A stretch of DNA of 64,000 bases, taken from the NCBI GenBank assembly GCA_965153355.1, contig OZ231126.1, positions 48,732,001 to 48,796,000 of the forward strand. The letters run 5' to 3'. The notes under the pieces were generated by a model. It saw only the letters and a list, made by a program, of their open reading frames with translations, ran no database searches and was not told the DNA's origin. Position numbers and translations under genes: made by a program. This stretch comes from Flaccisagitta enflata (taxonomy: Eukaryota). Each line of letters begins with the position of its first letter. The first letter of the stretch is position 1. Of this stretch, positions 13,358-26,600 are shown one piece after another.

Positions 13358-16184
13358 CTGAGGAGAGATCGTGACGTAAATATATATGGAAAGAGATAAA
13401 AAGAGGATCAAAAGAGGCTCAGTCAAAGATCTATCGATGTCGTCCATTGACGTGCGTGAAACTGATATTGATAAATGGGTTTCATTGCAAGAGAGTGAAT
13501 GCGCGTAGAAAGGTGTGAAGAGGGGCGGAAGGAAATGACGGAAGTGATGGGATTTAGTGGTCTAACAAAACGGTTTATTGACCCCTTTAGCGCCTTTTTG
13601 GGCAGCGGCCCCAAAGGGACAATTTCCTGAAGGATACAGGGGGAATTTCGAGAAGTCCGTCCGTCCATCCTTCCGTCCACCCCTTGGCCACAGGAGCCTC
13701 AATTTTGCAGTCTCAAGCCTAATTCTGGCCCACTAAGCCCTCAAATTAGCCCTTTCAGACCTCAATTTAGCCCTCGAGAGCTCAAATCAGCTCTCCAGAC
13801 CTCATATCTGCCCTCCAGACCTACAATCCACCCTCCTCAAATAAGCTCTTCAGGCTCAAAATTTGTCCTCTAGGCCTCAAGCCTGCCCCCCAAACTTCAA
13901 ATTTGCTAAATTCTTGACTAAATTCTTGACTAAATTCTTGACTAAATTCTTCCATCCCGACTTCAAATCCGCCTCAGGACGTCTCGAAATTCACCCCTGT
14001 GTCCTACAGGACATCGGCCCTTCGGGGCCGCCGCCCTGCTCTCACTCCACTACTTCACTTGATCACTCCAAGCAGGTCATCGGGTACCGCTGACCATGTG
14101 CGATCCTTGGATGACTAGTTAAATCTATTTGCAAAGTTTTCATTAAATAATGAACAAGAACAAGAAAGTTGGTTTAGCAGATGGAAAGATACATAAGGGC
14201 AGTAGGATCACCTACACAAAATCACCATTCCAGCTCTACATAGTACTTAAAAGTCATTACCTTAAAGATGGGACTCTGCCAGAATTTCTTCTTTGGCGCT
14301 AACCCAAATGGTTTCATGATTCATTGAAACGAGTACAATTCTATCTGATTGAAGTGGGCGAAAACAATCTTGTTAAACACAAATTTGATCTGCCTATCAC
14401 CAATATCATCAGATTCACCAAAGCTAGGCCATCGCCTTGTCCATCGGTTCCTCTGCAAACGGATGAGGATGAAATAAGGTACAGGAAAAGGGTAACAGGG
14501 TAAGACTAGGTCACTTTGCAAAAAACAATTCAAATAATCAGGGGTGTATAAGGTTGAGTATCCCCTAACCTGTGGGGGAGGGGAATAAATCAATAAAATC
14601 AAAGGGTTTGGAGAAAGAGAAGAAAATCAAAGGGTGGAAAAAATAAATTCTTTGAAGATTTTACACCTTTAACAATTCAAAAAAAAGTATTTGACTATTA
14701 TAACACTATTTTGCACTATTCTGACCATATTTAATGTTTGATGTTCTTATACTATATGGGATATTAAATCAAATAATTTTTCGACCCTGCAGGAAAGGAA
14801 ATAAAAGACTAAAGGAGGGGGAAGAAATCAAAGGCCGCTTAACTTTATACACCCCTGCAATTCATCAATGCCAAAATCAATCCATCAACGAGAAATAAAA
14901 GCTGCAGTATCTATCCAATCAACTTAATTCACCATAAGAGCTTAGCTGGTGAAAACAGAACATGTAGCAAATATCACAAAACTATCCAATCTAGTGCATT
15001 CACCATAGAATGAAAAGTAGAAAGGAGTGCACCGGCAAGAGGCATAAAACATTTAGACCGACATAAGAAACACCATCTTAGCTAAGATCTAGCATGGCAA
15101 CACTGCACCGAGACTGAGTCAAAAAACAAATTAAATGCAAGCATAGTCCATTAGTCTAACTTAAAAAAATCTTAGTGAAGTTTGTTTCAAAAACTAATAA
15201 AGCAATGATGCAATCGATGCTGTTATTGATATAACCCCTGTAAAATTGTACTTCATTAAAACATTTTCTCACGCCCCCCGTGTCGCCATACTACTACCAA
15301 TAAAGGCGGCTCTCGCTTACCGGAAAAAAGTCGTAAATCGAAGTCTTTCTTTCACTGCAGGTTCTTCTGTCTGCATTTTATGATATCTGTTTGACTGCCT
15401 GCCTGTTTTTGTCATTCAATCTGTCTCTCTGCGTCTCTTTCTTGGTCTACCTTTGTCTTAGAGTGGGTATGTATGAGTATATATGTATATGTGTGTGTGT
15501 GTGTGTATGTATGTGTATGCACACAAAAGTTACGGTCAATACGTATGACATCATGACTCCTCTATAGTTTCATAATAAAGTTTCAAAATATTATCAATCA
15601 AAAATCTCAATTTTCGCAAAAATGCAAAATGATAAGAAAAAATAAATGAGAGAAGAAAAAACACATTTTTTATGGGAAAAACACATATACTTGTTTTTGT
15701 TACAAAAACAGGAATTTTCGTCAAATTTTGACAGGACATCATTCAGCTGTGAGAAAGAAATGCATTTTTTCTTTTCTTATCGTAATTGACCATATGTGCA
15801 ATGACACTAAAATTTCAAAAAAACATTAAAAAATTCATAGCGCCATTTGAAAGAGGAAAATAAGCTCTTTCTTTGCTATGAATATCAAAAAATGTATCAT
15901 CCCACCCCTAAAACTGTCCAACTTTCTAAAATTGCCCTGAACCAAAAATGGAAAACTTTATTTCTCCCCTACGCTTCAAAAAGTCGAATTACGTAATTCG
16001 ACTTTTTTCCAACAACAACACTTCTTAACATCCTTAAAAGCTCGTTTCAAAGAAGTTCGACGAATAATATCGCAGACGCCGACAAAGTAGAAAATGACGC
16101 TAAGCGCATTTCAAAGAGGAAATGCATTGTGACTGGTCGAGTCTATCAATGTTTCTCCTCAAAAAAGCTCGATTTCCTTCCGTG

Positions 16185-17396
16185 TCAGGATCCGCCGAAA
16201 TTGAGGACGCTTGGGTCGAAAGGTTGTCCTCTGAAGGGCGAGCCTTCCGAGTCCCAGCCGGATTTGAGTTGATCCATGAGTTTGAGTTGGTCGCTCGTCG
16301 GTTTGCCTTGTTCCTTCTGCATCTGGTCAAACTTGAGTTTGTTGACGGTGGCCAAAGATTCGTCGTCCAATTCTTCCAACGGCCGAGAACAATCGATTGA
16401 CTTCAATTCGATTTCCGGCTCGTCTGATATGAATGGACAAGGACGTAAAACTTAAAAGTAATATTGCTAATTGTTGTAATTCAAATAGAATGATCTTTAC
16501 TTCTCGACATGTACACACTAACCGATGAAACATGCGTCCCACCATCTTTCTTGTATCTTCTCAAGACTGACGTGCACGTGATCGCCTGGGACCATTGTCC
16601 ACAAACTGTTGGTAGGATGCACTTTCCACTTGAGGGCGTTGTCGACCAGCGTCACGTATTTGCCGTCTTCCAAGACTTCGACCTTGACCCGATCTTCTTT
16701 GATTTCTACACGGACTTGTTTTCCCTACAGAAAATAAACGGCCCGTCAATGACACTATCCGACATCATTTGACATATCTGAAGACCAGTCATCAAAGCTA
16801 AATGTAAGTGTCGGTCAACCCTAAAATTCCCAACAACCTTCTTCACGGATTTATCGACTTTGACCCTGAGGTCGAGATCTTTGATGGTCTGGCCCCAAGA
16901 GTATCGATCCCTCACAGCGCCGTTGTACGAGTCGGCATTGCTCTGAAATTCGGACGGAGGAACTTCCTCTTCTCGGACGGCAAGAGGCGGGGCAGATGGT
17001 GTCGCAGGGGGCGGGGAGTTGGAGGAAGAAGAGGAAGTTACTTCCGGCTCGACGGTTGGGGTTGAGTAGGCAGTGGCGTTATTGTTTGTGGATGAGATAG
17101 CTTCGACATCGTTCGCGTCTTTCGGAGTCACGGTGGGAGCTGGAGCGGTAACTGGCAATGAAGGCGGCGCCGTCGATTTGGTTTCCAGCATCATCGTTGG
17201 CATCGACTCCACCGGCGCGACCACCGCCTTTCCACTCTTCTTGGCTTTCGCGGCGGCGATGGCATCTTCGACCATTTTCCTCTCGGCGGGGTAAAGAGAG
17301 AATGATTTGTCCTCGAAGGACCTGAAGGATTCCATGATTTTGGCGCGGGCGACGCCGGGAGGAAAGCCAAATTGACCGCTGGGATCGGGCATGATC
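16185..17396 (-). CDS. NUDCD3: NudC domain-containing protein 3-like, exons 17396-16838, 16724-16523, 16423-16185 (first exon not found)
   Basis: GT-AG in-frame joins; GFPPGVA, DSYNGAVRDRYSWGQT, CS domain GKQVRVEI...SLWTMVPG...WW, C-terminal GWDSEGSPFRGQPFDPS match NUDCD3. Confidence 0.92.
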
Positions 17397-18842
17397 CTGA
17401 CAGATGGAAAGGAATAAAAAAGTTTGGGTATTGATTACGTTTCTCATCAACATCAATTACGCAAGTGCCTAGTAATCATTCTCATCATTACCCTCCTCCA
17501 CCTCAATGGATATCGTCTTCTATCGTCATCACAATCATCAACACTATCATCAGGGGTAGGAAAGCTAAAACAATTTTAAACGGTTTGAAATTTTTTAAAA
17601 ATTTTTTGGAAATTTAAAAAGTAAAAAAGTTGAAAAAAAGTTGAAAAAGGTTAAAAGTTAAAAAAACTTAAAAAAACTTAAAAAAACTTAAAAAAGGTTA
17701 AAAACAGTTTTAAAAAAATTTAACTAAGTGTCAGGTTTTTCTGAAATTGGTTTAAAATATTTAAAAAAAGTTAAAAAGGTTAAAAAAGATTTGGAATTCA
17801 TTCTTGCATATTTTTTCAAAAAGCTTCAAAGTGGTTAAAAAAGGTTAAAAACAAGGCCAAGTAGGCCAATAAGGTTCGACGTGAGGATCGTTGAACGAAT
17901 GCGTTACCCGACAGACCGACCAACCGACGGACACAGCCAGTTACAGAGGTGCTTTGTCGCACCTTAAAATTAAAAAGCCTGAAAAAATTAAACGGGGCAG
18001 GTCACAAGCGTTCATAAGTTGTTTTTTTTTTAATTAAAAAGTTTAAAAAAATTTTTAAAAGTTTTAAAAAAATTTAAAAAAATTTAAAAAATTCAATTTT
18101 TTTAAAAAAAATCAACCAGATAAATTATTTCTCTTCCCTCCTTCATTTTAAGCTCAAAGTTGAGCTTTTCAAGATTGGCTGTAGCTCTAAATCATTAAAG
18201 ACTCTATCTTGAAAAGCTCAACTTTGAGCTTTTAAAAAGCACAGAAATGAGCTTTTTGAGTTGGTTATCTAGCAAAAAAGCTCAAAAAGCTTAATTCTGG
18301 GCTTTTCTTTATTGATTTATTTATTTTGGCCTATATTTTGAAGACTTGTAAGGAATTTGACAATCTAAATGAATTCCTCGCCCCAAAATCTATCCATGAG
18401 TGAAAAATGAAAAAATCAAAGAGTGCCATATTCATGATTTTCACCTCTCAATTTTTCTTCAATCGAAAAAAATGATAAAAATCCATACCTACTCCCCAAT
18501 TTTTCTCCACCACTTATTTGTTGCCCAAACATTCTCTCAGAAAAAAAGAAATTAAGCCCACTCAATGGGGATATATGGTCGTGAAATTAAGAAAAAAACG
18601 CTAAAAAAGCAAAAGCTCAGAATTGAGCTTTTCAAGAGAGATCTCCAGCTGTATAGAGTCGCGTGGGAATAGTGTTAGCTAAAAATCTTACGGACTGACA
18701 GACTGATGGACCATTTCTGAAAAAAGTAGAGATTTGCTACTCTTTAACGTATTTCATAATTGAAAAATATTGGTCTCATTTTGGATTCGGTCTGAAATTT
18801 CTATGGGGACTTTGTAATTTTTTGAGCTGCCATACATCCATG

Positions 18843-19305
<463 letters not shown>

Positions 19306-19472
19306 GTACAGTCAAATTAGGCTCAAACGTTAACGCGTTTATAACAAAAATCAGCCCTTAAAAACTAGGGATGTGGTGGCAGAAAAATTATGCCGCTTTC
19401 AGCCTATGTACTGTGACTACCGTCCCGCAAAATTCCCGATTCTGGCCTTTCATGTGCGTTGTTGCACATCTT

Positions 19473-20221
19473 CAGTACAATGGGAGCAAAAACGACCTCG
19501 ACTGGAGGATAGATTATAAATATCTTAATTCTATTTGATTTATAAAAGATTTAGATTCATGCTAATTAAAAGTTGCTCCATTGCTTGAATATGTTAACTT
19601 TTCTTATCCTTTAACTTAACTTGACTTCATCAGGACTTTTTTTTTGAAAGTTCTAACCTAGCCTATCAGATTGAGCTAAAAATTTATGTTATTTAAAAAA
19701 ATAGCTGATTTGAACTATTTTTACAGGTTTTACAGTTACAGTGGAGCTTCACTAGAGCGCACTCGCTAATAAGACATGCCCGCCTATAAGGCATACAACT
19801 TGCATTCCCATGAGAAATTTTGTAGTTATTTTCATATTGGCTATAAGGCAGCTTCACTATAAGACATAATTAAGCCCAGTCCCTTGGAATGCGCTCTAGT
19901 GAAGTGTAACTGTATTTCTCAAACAGAACAATTATGTAAATTAGAATCTGGGCAAAGCTTTAAACAGGCATAAAACCTATAGAAATAGTCTGATTAAGCT
20001 TATTCTTTTTTTTTTAATTCTAAAAAATTTTCTGCCCAATTTGATAAAGTAGGTTGAACATTGAAAAATGAAGTCCGGATGAAGTCAAGTCATGAGTTAA
20101 AGAATGAGCGAATGAGCGAATATATTCAAGCAATAAAGCAATAGTTAATTAGTATACATCTCAATTTTTTCATGAATCAAATAAAAATAAGATACTTGAA
20201 ATCTATCCTCCCATCGTACTG
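19473..20221. mobile_element. MITE family CAGTACGATGGGAG (also 25470-25908 and 39275-39856), this copy with a nested insertion ~19733-19912
   Basis: Shared TIR CAGTACRATGGGAG...CTCCCATCGTACTG; TA flanks on the 39275-39856 copy. Confidence 0.8.
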
Positions 20222-20522
20222 TTTAAGGGGTCAACTCTGTCCGTCGTTTGATTGGTCTGTTGGTCCAGTGGGTCAGACGTGTTTCTTCATGCCGGTCACC
20301 ATTCATGCCTTCCCGTTTTAATCCATTCATTCATTTGTTCATTTTTCAATTCATCCATTCATCATCTATTCATTAATTTCAAAATTTTCATTCACCAATT
20401 GTTGATCAGCGAGGCCGTTACTTGGCCTTGTTTGAACCTAAATAACCTGGGGTTACAACGTTGACGTGTGAGCAGGGACAAACAGGCCTTCACACACAGA
20501 CACACACACACACACACACACA

Positions 20523-20590
<68 letters not shown>

Positions 20591-20608
20591 CACACACACA
20601 CACACACA

Positions 20609-20694
<86 letters not shown>

Positions 20695-20832
20695 ATACCC
20701 TTGAAGGATAGAATCGAGGTCAAGCTTGAAATGTAATCGCCGGGCATTCTAATCCAAGCTACTGACTACTGAGTGGTAAAACAATATCCCTTGCTACACC
20801 ACTAAAAATAACGAAGACAGCATGCTTGCATG

Positions 20833-20884
<52 letters not shown>

Positions 20885-21017
20885 CGTGCATGTCTGAGGC
20901 CATTAGGGATGTCTCGTAGTAGGTCCGAATACATGTGATCGAGTGAAGCTTTAGGATGGACAAATTGTAGAATCCAAGTGCGTCAGGTCCTCTTTTTTTC
21001 TCTCTCTTTTTTACACA

Positions 21018-21116
<99 letters not shown>

Positions 21117-21238
21117 TGAACAACGATGTACTATCTTTTTTTGTCGCGGACACGCGACACTACACCTTGCCGTGTTGATCGCTATGTTTACTCTCGGTCC
21201 GTTCATCTCATTTTTGAATTCCAAGCGGTTTTGGCATA

Positions 21239-22051
21239 CTACCTAGGACATAAGTCTACGTTCACTTGGACCAAAAACTCATTTAATCATGAAATAATGA
21301 TAAATCAATTCATATCATGGTTTAAATACTTTATTTAACTTCCAGCTGTGGTAAAGCCTGCTTCTATAGACCACTGTAATGATTTGAAAAGCTTCTGAAG
21401 GATCTTTTGCCAGACCTTGCCACCAAACATTTTTTTGCGATTTATGTCAGTCCCTACAGAGTCATAGATTGTCCTTCATGTCTTAATGATCCAGAAATTC
21501 TTTGGGAGAAGAAGTAATGGGGAATCAAGTTAGTTGCCCTTAACTTTTTTCAGCCTCTGGCTTTAGTTCAGTCAAATCTTTTATCTCTAGACAAGTAAGT
21601 GTATGACGTGACAGATAGCACAAGAAAACTATTCAATTCATTTCTCAATTTTCAAAAGTGACGAGCAATCTTTAAACTGCTCTCATTTCTAAACGCTTTG
21701 AGCTACCAGGATGGGAATGGACTCAAATGAAAGATTTTTTGAAGCCCTTTCTTAATCTCACCAATTTTTAGTCGCGTGCTACGCGACTACAACCCGCTTT
21801 GTCGGTCCGTCCGTCGGTCCGTTGGTCCGTCGGTCCATCCGTCGGTCCGTCCGTCACACTTTACTTTTTTGGTTTTTTTGCGGTCTTTGGCCTCACTGCT
21901 CCTGCCCAAATGATTGAGTGACCTCAAATACAGCCCCTGCCCACCTGCACGCGACTGGGGTAGCTGTGTATCCGGCCTTGTTCTTATTTATCTTTAACAA
22001 AATTGTAGTTATTGATGTTTGTAGGTGAACGTAGACTTATGTCCTAGGTAG
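21239..22051. mobile_element. TA-TSD MITE inserted into a HINE (21140-22105) and itself containing a HINE (21765-21982)
   Basis: TA|CTACCTAGGACATAAGTCTACGTTCAC...GTGAACGTAGACTTATGTCCTAGGTAG|TA; host HINE resumes at ACTGCCCCTGCTCAACC. Confidence 0.85.
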
Positions 22052-22132
22052 TAACTGCCCCTGCTCAACCTTCCGCGACTGGTTTGCCGTGTATCTGACC
22101 TTGTTACTTTCGAAGTTGATTATCGATGATTA

Positions 22133-23077
22133 TTGATGGCGCACTATGCGCCAATATGACACCAAAATCCACTATGGGCTCAATTAAAGCAAAAAACTTT
22201 AAAAGTCAAATAATATTTTATTTAAGATAAATCAATGGAAAATATAATTGAATCTGTAAAAGGGCAATTCTGAAATATCAATTAAGCATTTATTTTATAT
22301 TGCTGTTTTTGCTAAGTTGATAGGATCAGTATTTTAGCATTCATTAGCACTTTCTTATCAGATGCAAAATTTTTCTAAATTCTAAAAAAGATGCATATCA
22401 AAATTTTTTGAAAAAAAAATATTTCTCTCATTGAAAACTTTTTCTGCATAAAAATTTTTTGCATGAATTTTTTTTTACATCTAAAATTTTTTTGCAAAAC
22501 AAAATGTTTTGCATCAAAATTTTTTTTTTTTTTTACATCAAAAATTTTTACTATGACAAAATTTCGACATAAGAATTCTTGTCATCGGTCAAATTTATTT
22601 CAAAAAATTTTTGCAACAAATTTTTTTTTGCATTCAAAATTTTTTTTTGCATCAAAAATTTTTTTTATAAAAAATTTTAGCATGAAAATTTTTTTTTTCA
22701 TCAAATATTTTTCTCTTTAGGAAAAGAATTTTCTTATCAAATATTTTTTAAAATTTTTTTTGCATTAAATTTTTTTTAGCATCAAATTTTTTCTGCATCA
22801 ATTTTTTTTTGCATCAAATTTTTTACATGAAGATTTTAAACAGTAAAGAAAATCTATTATATTTACAATAAAAACATTTGATGAAGATTGAAAATATTTG
22901 TTCTGAACAGTCTTAAGCCTGCACTATTTAGGGTTTTATCTCATAATTAACATAACATTTTTGAAAAAAAACTTTAATTGTTTTTTCCTAAACATTATTA
23001 TTTGATTTTTGTTTAATTTTGGTATAATTGAGCGAATAGTGCGTTTTGTGTCATTACGGCGCATAGTGGGCCATCAA
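22133..23077. mobile_element. TIR element with AT-rich interior
   Basis: TTGATGGCGCACTATGCGCC...GGCGCATAGTGGGCCATCAA. Confidence 0.75.
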
Positions 23078-23690
23078 ATCCACGGCATTGGCGACAATCA
23101 ACGTCGAAAGCAAAAACGTTAAAATTCGTAGTTCAACAAGATATGAATATACTGCAGAGAGAGAGAGAAGAAAGAGAGAAAGAGAGAGAGAAAGACAGGC
23201 AAAGAGAAGGAGAAAGAGAGAGAGAGCTAAATATAGGATTTTTTGTTGAAGAATTAGTGTATTTCATTTCCATGGAAGCACGACAACAGAATTTTATCAA
23301 TGATTTCCCATTTCACTGAAGCACGAACTTCAAAAAGGCCAGTTATGTTTTTTTCCACTGAAGCACACCGTCGTGCTTCAGTGAAAAACTATTTAACTTA
23401 AGCACGAATTACGTGCTTAAGTGGATGCCCCCTCTGCCACAGTCCCGTAGCGGCCTTGAAACAATCATCTGTGTTTTCATCTACAGCAAGGCCGTACACA
23501 CTTCCCTTAAGTCGCGGGCGGGTGGGCAGGAGCGGAAACAAATGTGACGGACCGAATGACCGACCGACCAACACGGCAAATTCCTTCAATCCTTCAATGC
23601 CAACGCTTTATTCGTTACGGTCCATCATTTAAAGACAAGACGTAAGTTGACAACTGGTAAATAGTCCGCGTAAAACCAAACGGTTCTTAC

Positions 23691-26600
23691 CTGAGATTGT
23701 GTTTGAAGACATTTTTTCTGGCAGCGTGGTCTTCGGATTTCGTGTAATTCTTGCCATGCTTCTTGACGAAACGATCAAAGACGTGGTGGATATGAGTGTC
23801 ATCGGCGTTGAGGTATTCTTTCATGGGGTTGTGGTGGCTGTGTGTCTCTAAATGGGCGTCGACGAATCCAGGCCCGGGAAAATCGTGGCAAGCGGAGACT
23901 GGCTTCGGAGTGACGCCCATAGGGTTGAACAACGATGGATCGGAACGACCTAAGCGGTTAAGCCATCCATTGTTTCCAATTAAATTACATTACCTGTTAA
24001 TTTTTCCGCTTTCAGATTTGATGTCCATACAAGGTCCTCGTTCGATAATAATTATCATCGCCTAACAAACCTCGGACCCCTATTAAGATTTCATCAGACA
24101 TTCTTATGGGTACGTGATTTCAGGGGGAGAATGGGAGAATGCCGAATTATGTCGGTTATGTATCACTTATCAATCATAACCGTTGACAACGGTTATGATT
24201 GATAAGTGATACATAACCGACATAATTCGGCATTCTCCCATTCTCCCCCTGAAATCACGTACCCACGTACGTCGCCGTTGTAAAACATAGAACTTAGACC
24301 TTGCCGACGCGGATTTCAAATATTCATTCATTCATTCATTCATATTCATATATACCGAGTTGCTGATATACATGTATATGCGTAAGATGAGCTGAGAAGG
24401 ATCAAATTTAAAAAAAAAAATAACCGCCTCTTGGTTGTGGCCTCACTTTTGCCCGTTTTTCGGTAACGCTTACCTTTCATAAATTTTTCATACTTCAAAT
24501 AGTAATGATCATAATGCGAGCCAATAAGGCTGTCGTATCCCATCATATCAAAACGGAAGGGGACGGGATCATCTCCTGTAAAAGAACAGAAAGAAACGCA
24601 TTCGTGATAAATTGTATTATTGGTTTCCTTGTCTTTTGTACTAACAAGACTACTTAGCTGACGGCTAAAGCAAGAAAGGAAACTTAACAGAACTGGGCGG
24701 CTTCTATAGAGAAGTGCTAAATAAAAAAAACTGTAGCACCCCCACCTACAGCTTTAACTAATTACAATACAAAGATTATTAGAATAGAGAAAGAATGTTT
24801 GTATCAATACAAGTGGCGCCACAGGAGCAATTTTTGAATTTTGATCTCTAACGGAAGATTTCAGTAATAGACTCACACTTCTCACACTTGGCAATGAAAA
24901 ATTCGCTCTTTCAGAATTGGATTATTTGGATTGACTGTAGTTGAATCGTGAATCTAGATATCTGAACAATAAGAACCAGATATTATTTCTACTGAACGGC
25001 ACCCCTAACAGCCGGGGGGGGGGGGGGCTGAGAGAGGTGGGGGAGGAAAAAAATTTTGGATAAAAAAGTAGGTCTCAAATCGATTCAGAATTGTCTAAAA
25101 CGTACAAAAATCATGTTTTCAAAATTTCGATATTTTTGACATTTTTTTTTTACCAAGTCTGTGTCGTGTCTAGCCTCTTGTCCCCTTAGGATTTATGGGG
25201 GGGGGGGATTTTTACAGTGGTCACAGTTAGCATTATCAATTTATTAGACTCAAGTAATCATTTGTATTCTAACTTAAACCGTAAAACCCAAACAGACACC
25301 GGTCGTGAAAGAATGAAGGCAAGCAGTGAAGGCAGCATCACCATTTTGCGTGTGAAATGTTGAAAAACCGTAATTGTCCGTAACTCAATTTTCACACCTT
25401 AGATCGGGAAAATCAGGTCGAGCTGAGCCGAATTCTTCTGATTGCGAACCACTAAGTTGGACCAACATACAGTACGATGGGAGCAATAAGAGCAGTAGAA
25501 AGAGGGCCCTCTATATTCTCACTGTTTAAAGGAAGAACCTAAAGCTTTGGTTTTTCTGAAAGCTGATGGTCTAAGGTATTGAGTGAACACAAAATTCCAA
25601 ACCAAGTGATTCATAACAAAACCGCCAATTGATGTGTTAAAATTACATGTGGCGCAATAGCTCTGTTGATAGAGAGATGAACTTGAGAAAGTTAATTTCT
25701 CTCTCTTCAGTGTCACCGGTTCGAATCTCGAATGGTGCTGCACTTTTTTTCTTTTTGGTCAACAGTTAGAGCAAGAGGAATAAAACTATATTCACTCAAA
25801 GCTCTTGCTCATCAGCTTTCAGAAAAACCATAATTGAAGCTACTTCATTAGAATAGTGAAGCAGGAAATGACCCTCCATCTGAGGTTCTCATTGCTCCTA
25901 TGGTACTGTATCTGGGTCATTGCGAATTAAATAAAGAATTTTTCTGAAAAAAAAAAATCCACAAATGCTATTTATTGGACGTGGGTGGACAATCAAATTG
26001 TTGAAAATCCTCTCATAGAAATTCTGTCTCTTACTATTTTTTCAGCTATCTTCCTTAGAAAAAGTAGGGCGACCAAAGCCTATACCCTATAGTTGATGGC
26101 TCTTTCACCCATCATGTAGACTACATTGGCTTTATTAGGTGCTCAGTTTGAATCCAAAAATGCCTGATTTTCCTACTCCGCTTCCAGATGCTATAAATGT
26201 ACAAAGTTGAACAAGTTCAAGTCGCGAGGAGAATTGTATCTGTTAAACACGACCGAATGCAATAATCTGCAATAATTCGTAATCATTTCTTTACAATGCT
26301 AAAATCTGAATTAAAACAAACCTGTACCAAATAATCCCAGCTCATATGGTTAAATGATAAAATTGCTTTAGTTTGTTTTTAAAAATATGATAAAGGTCAA
26401 TTAGCACAGCTCAAAATTAGAATGCTTCAAAGTTCCGTTTTTCTTCAAATCAAAATTTTCTTTTTCGATTAAAATTTTTCCATTACCTTGTCTAAAGGCA
26501 GTTAGGCTTATTTTAAATGATCTGAAGCAATCTGCAATGAGTAATAACAAATGTCCATGGTCACTTAAAACACGGATTAGACCTCGAGATAATGCTTACA

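Noticed and set aside
20699-20802. Exon-like segment as the missing NUDCD3 first exon
   Set aside because: Has acceptor- and donor-like sites, but all three frames from the acceptor hit stops and no frame resembles the NudC N-terminal domain
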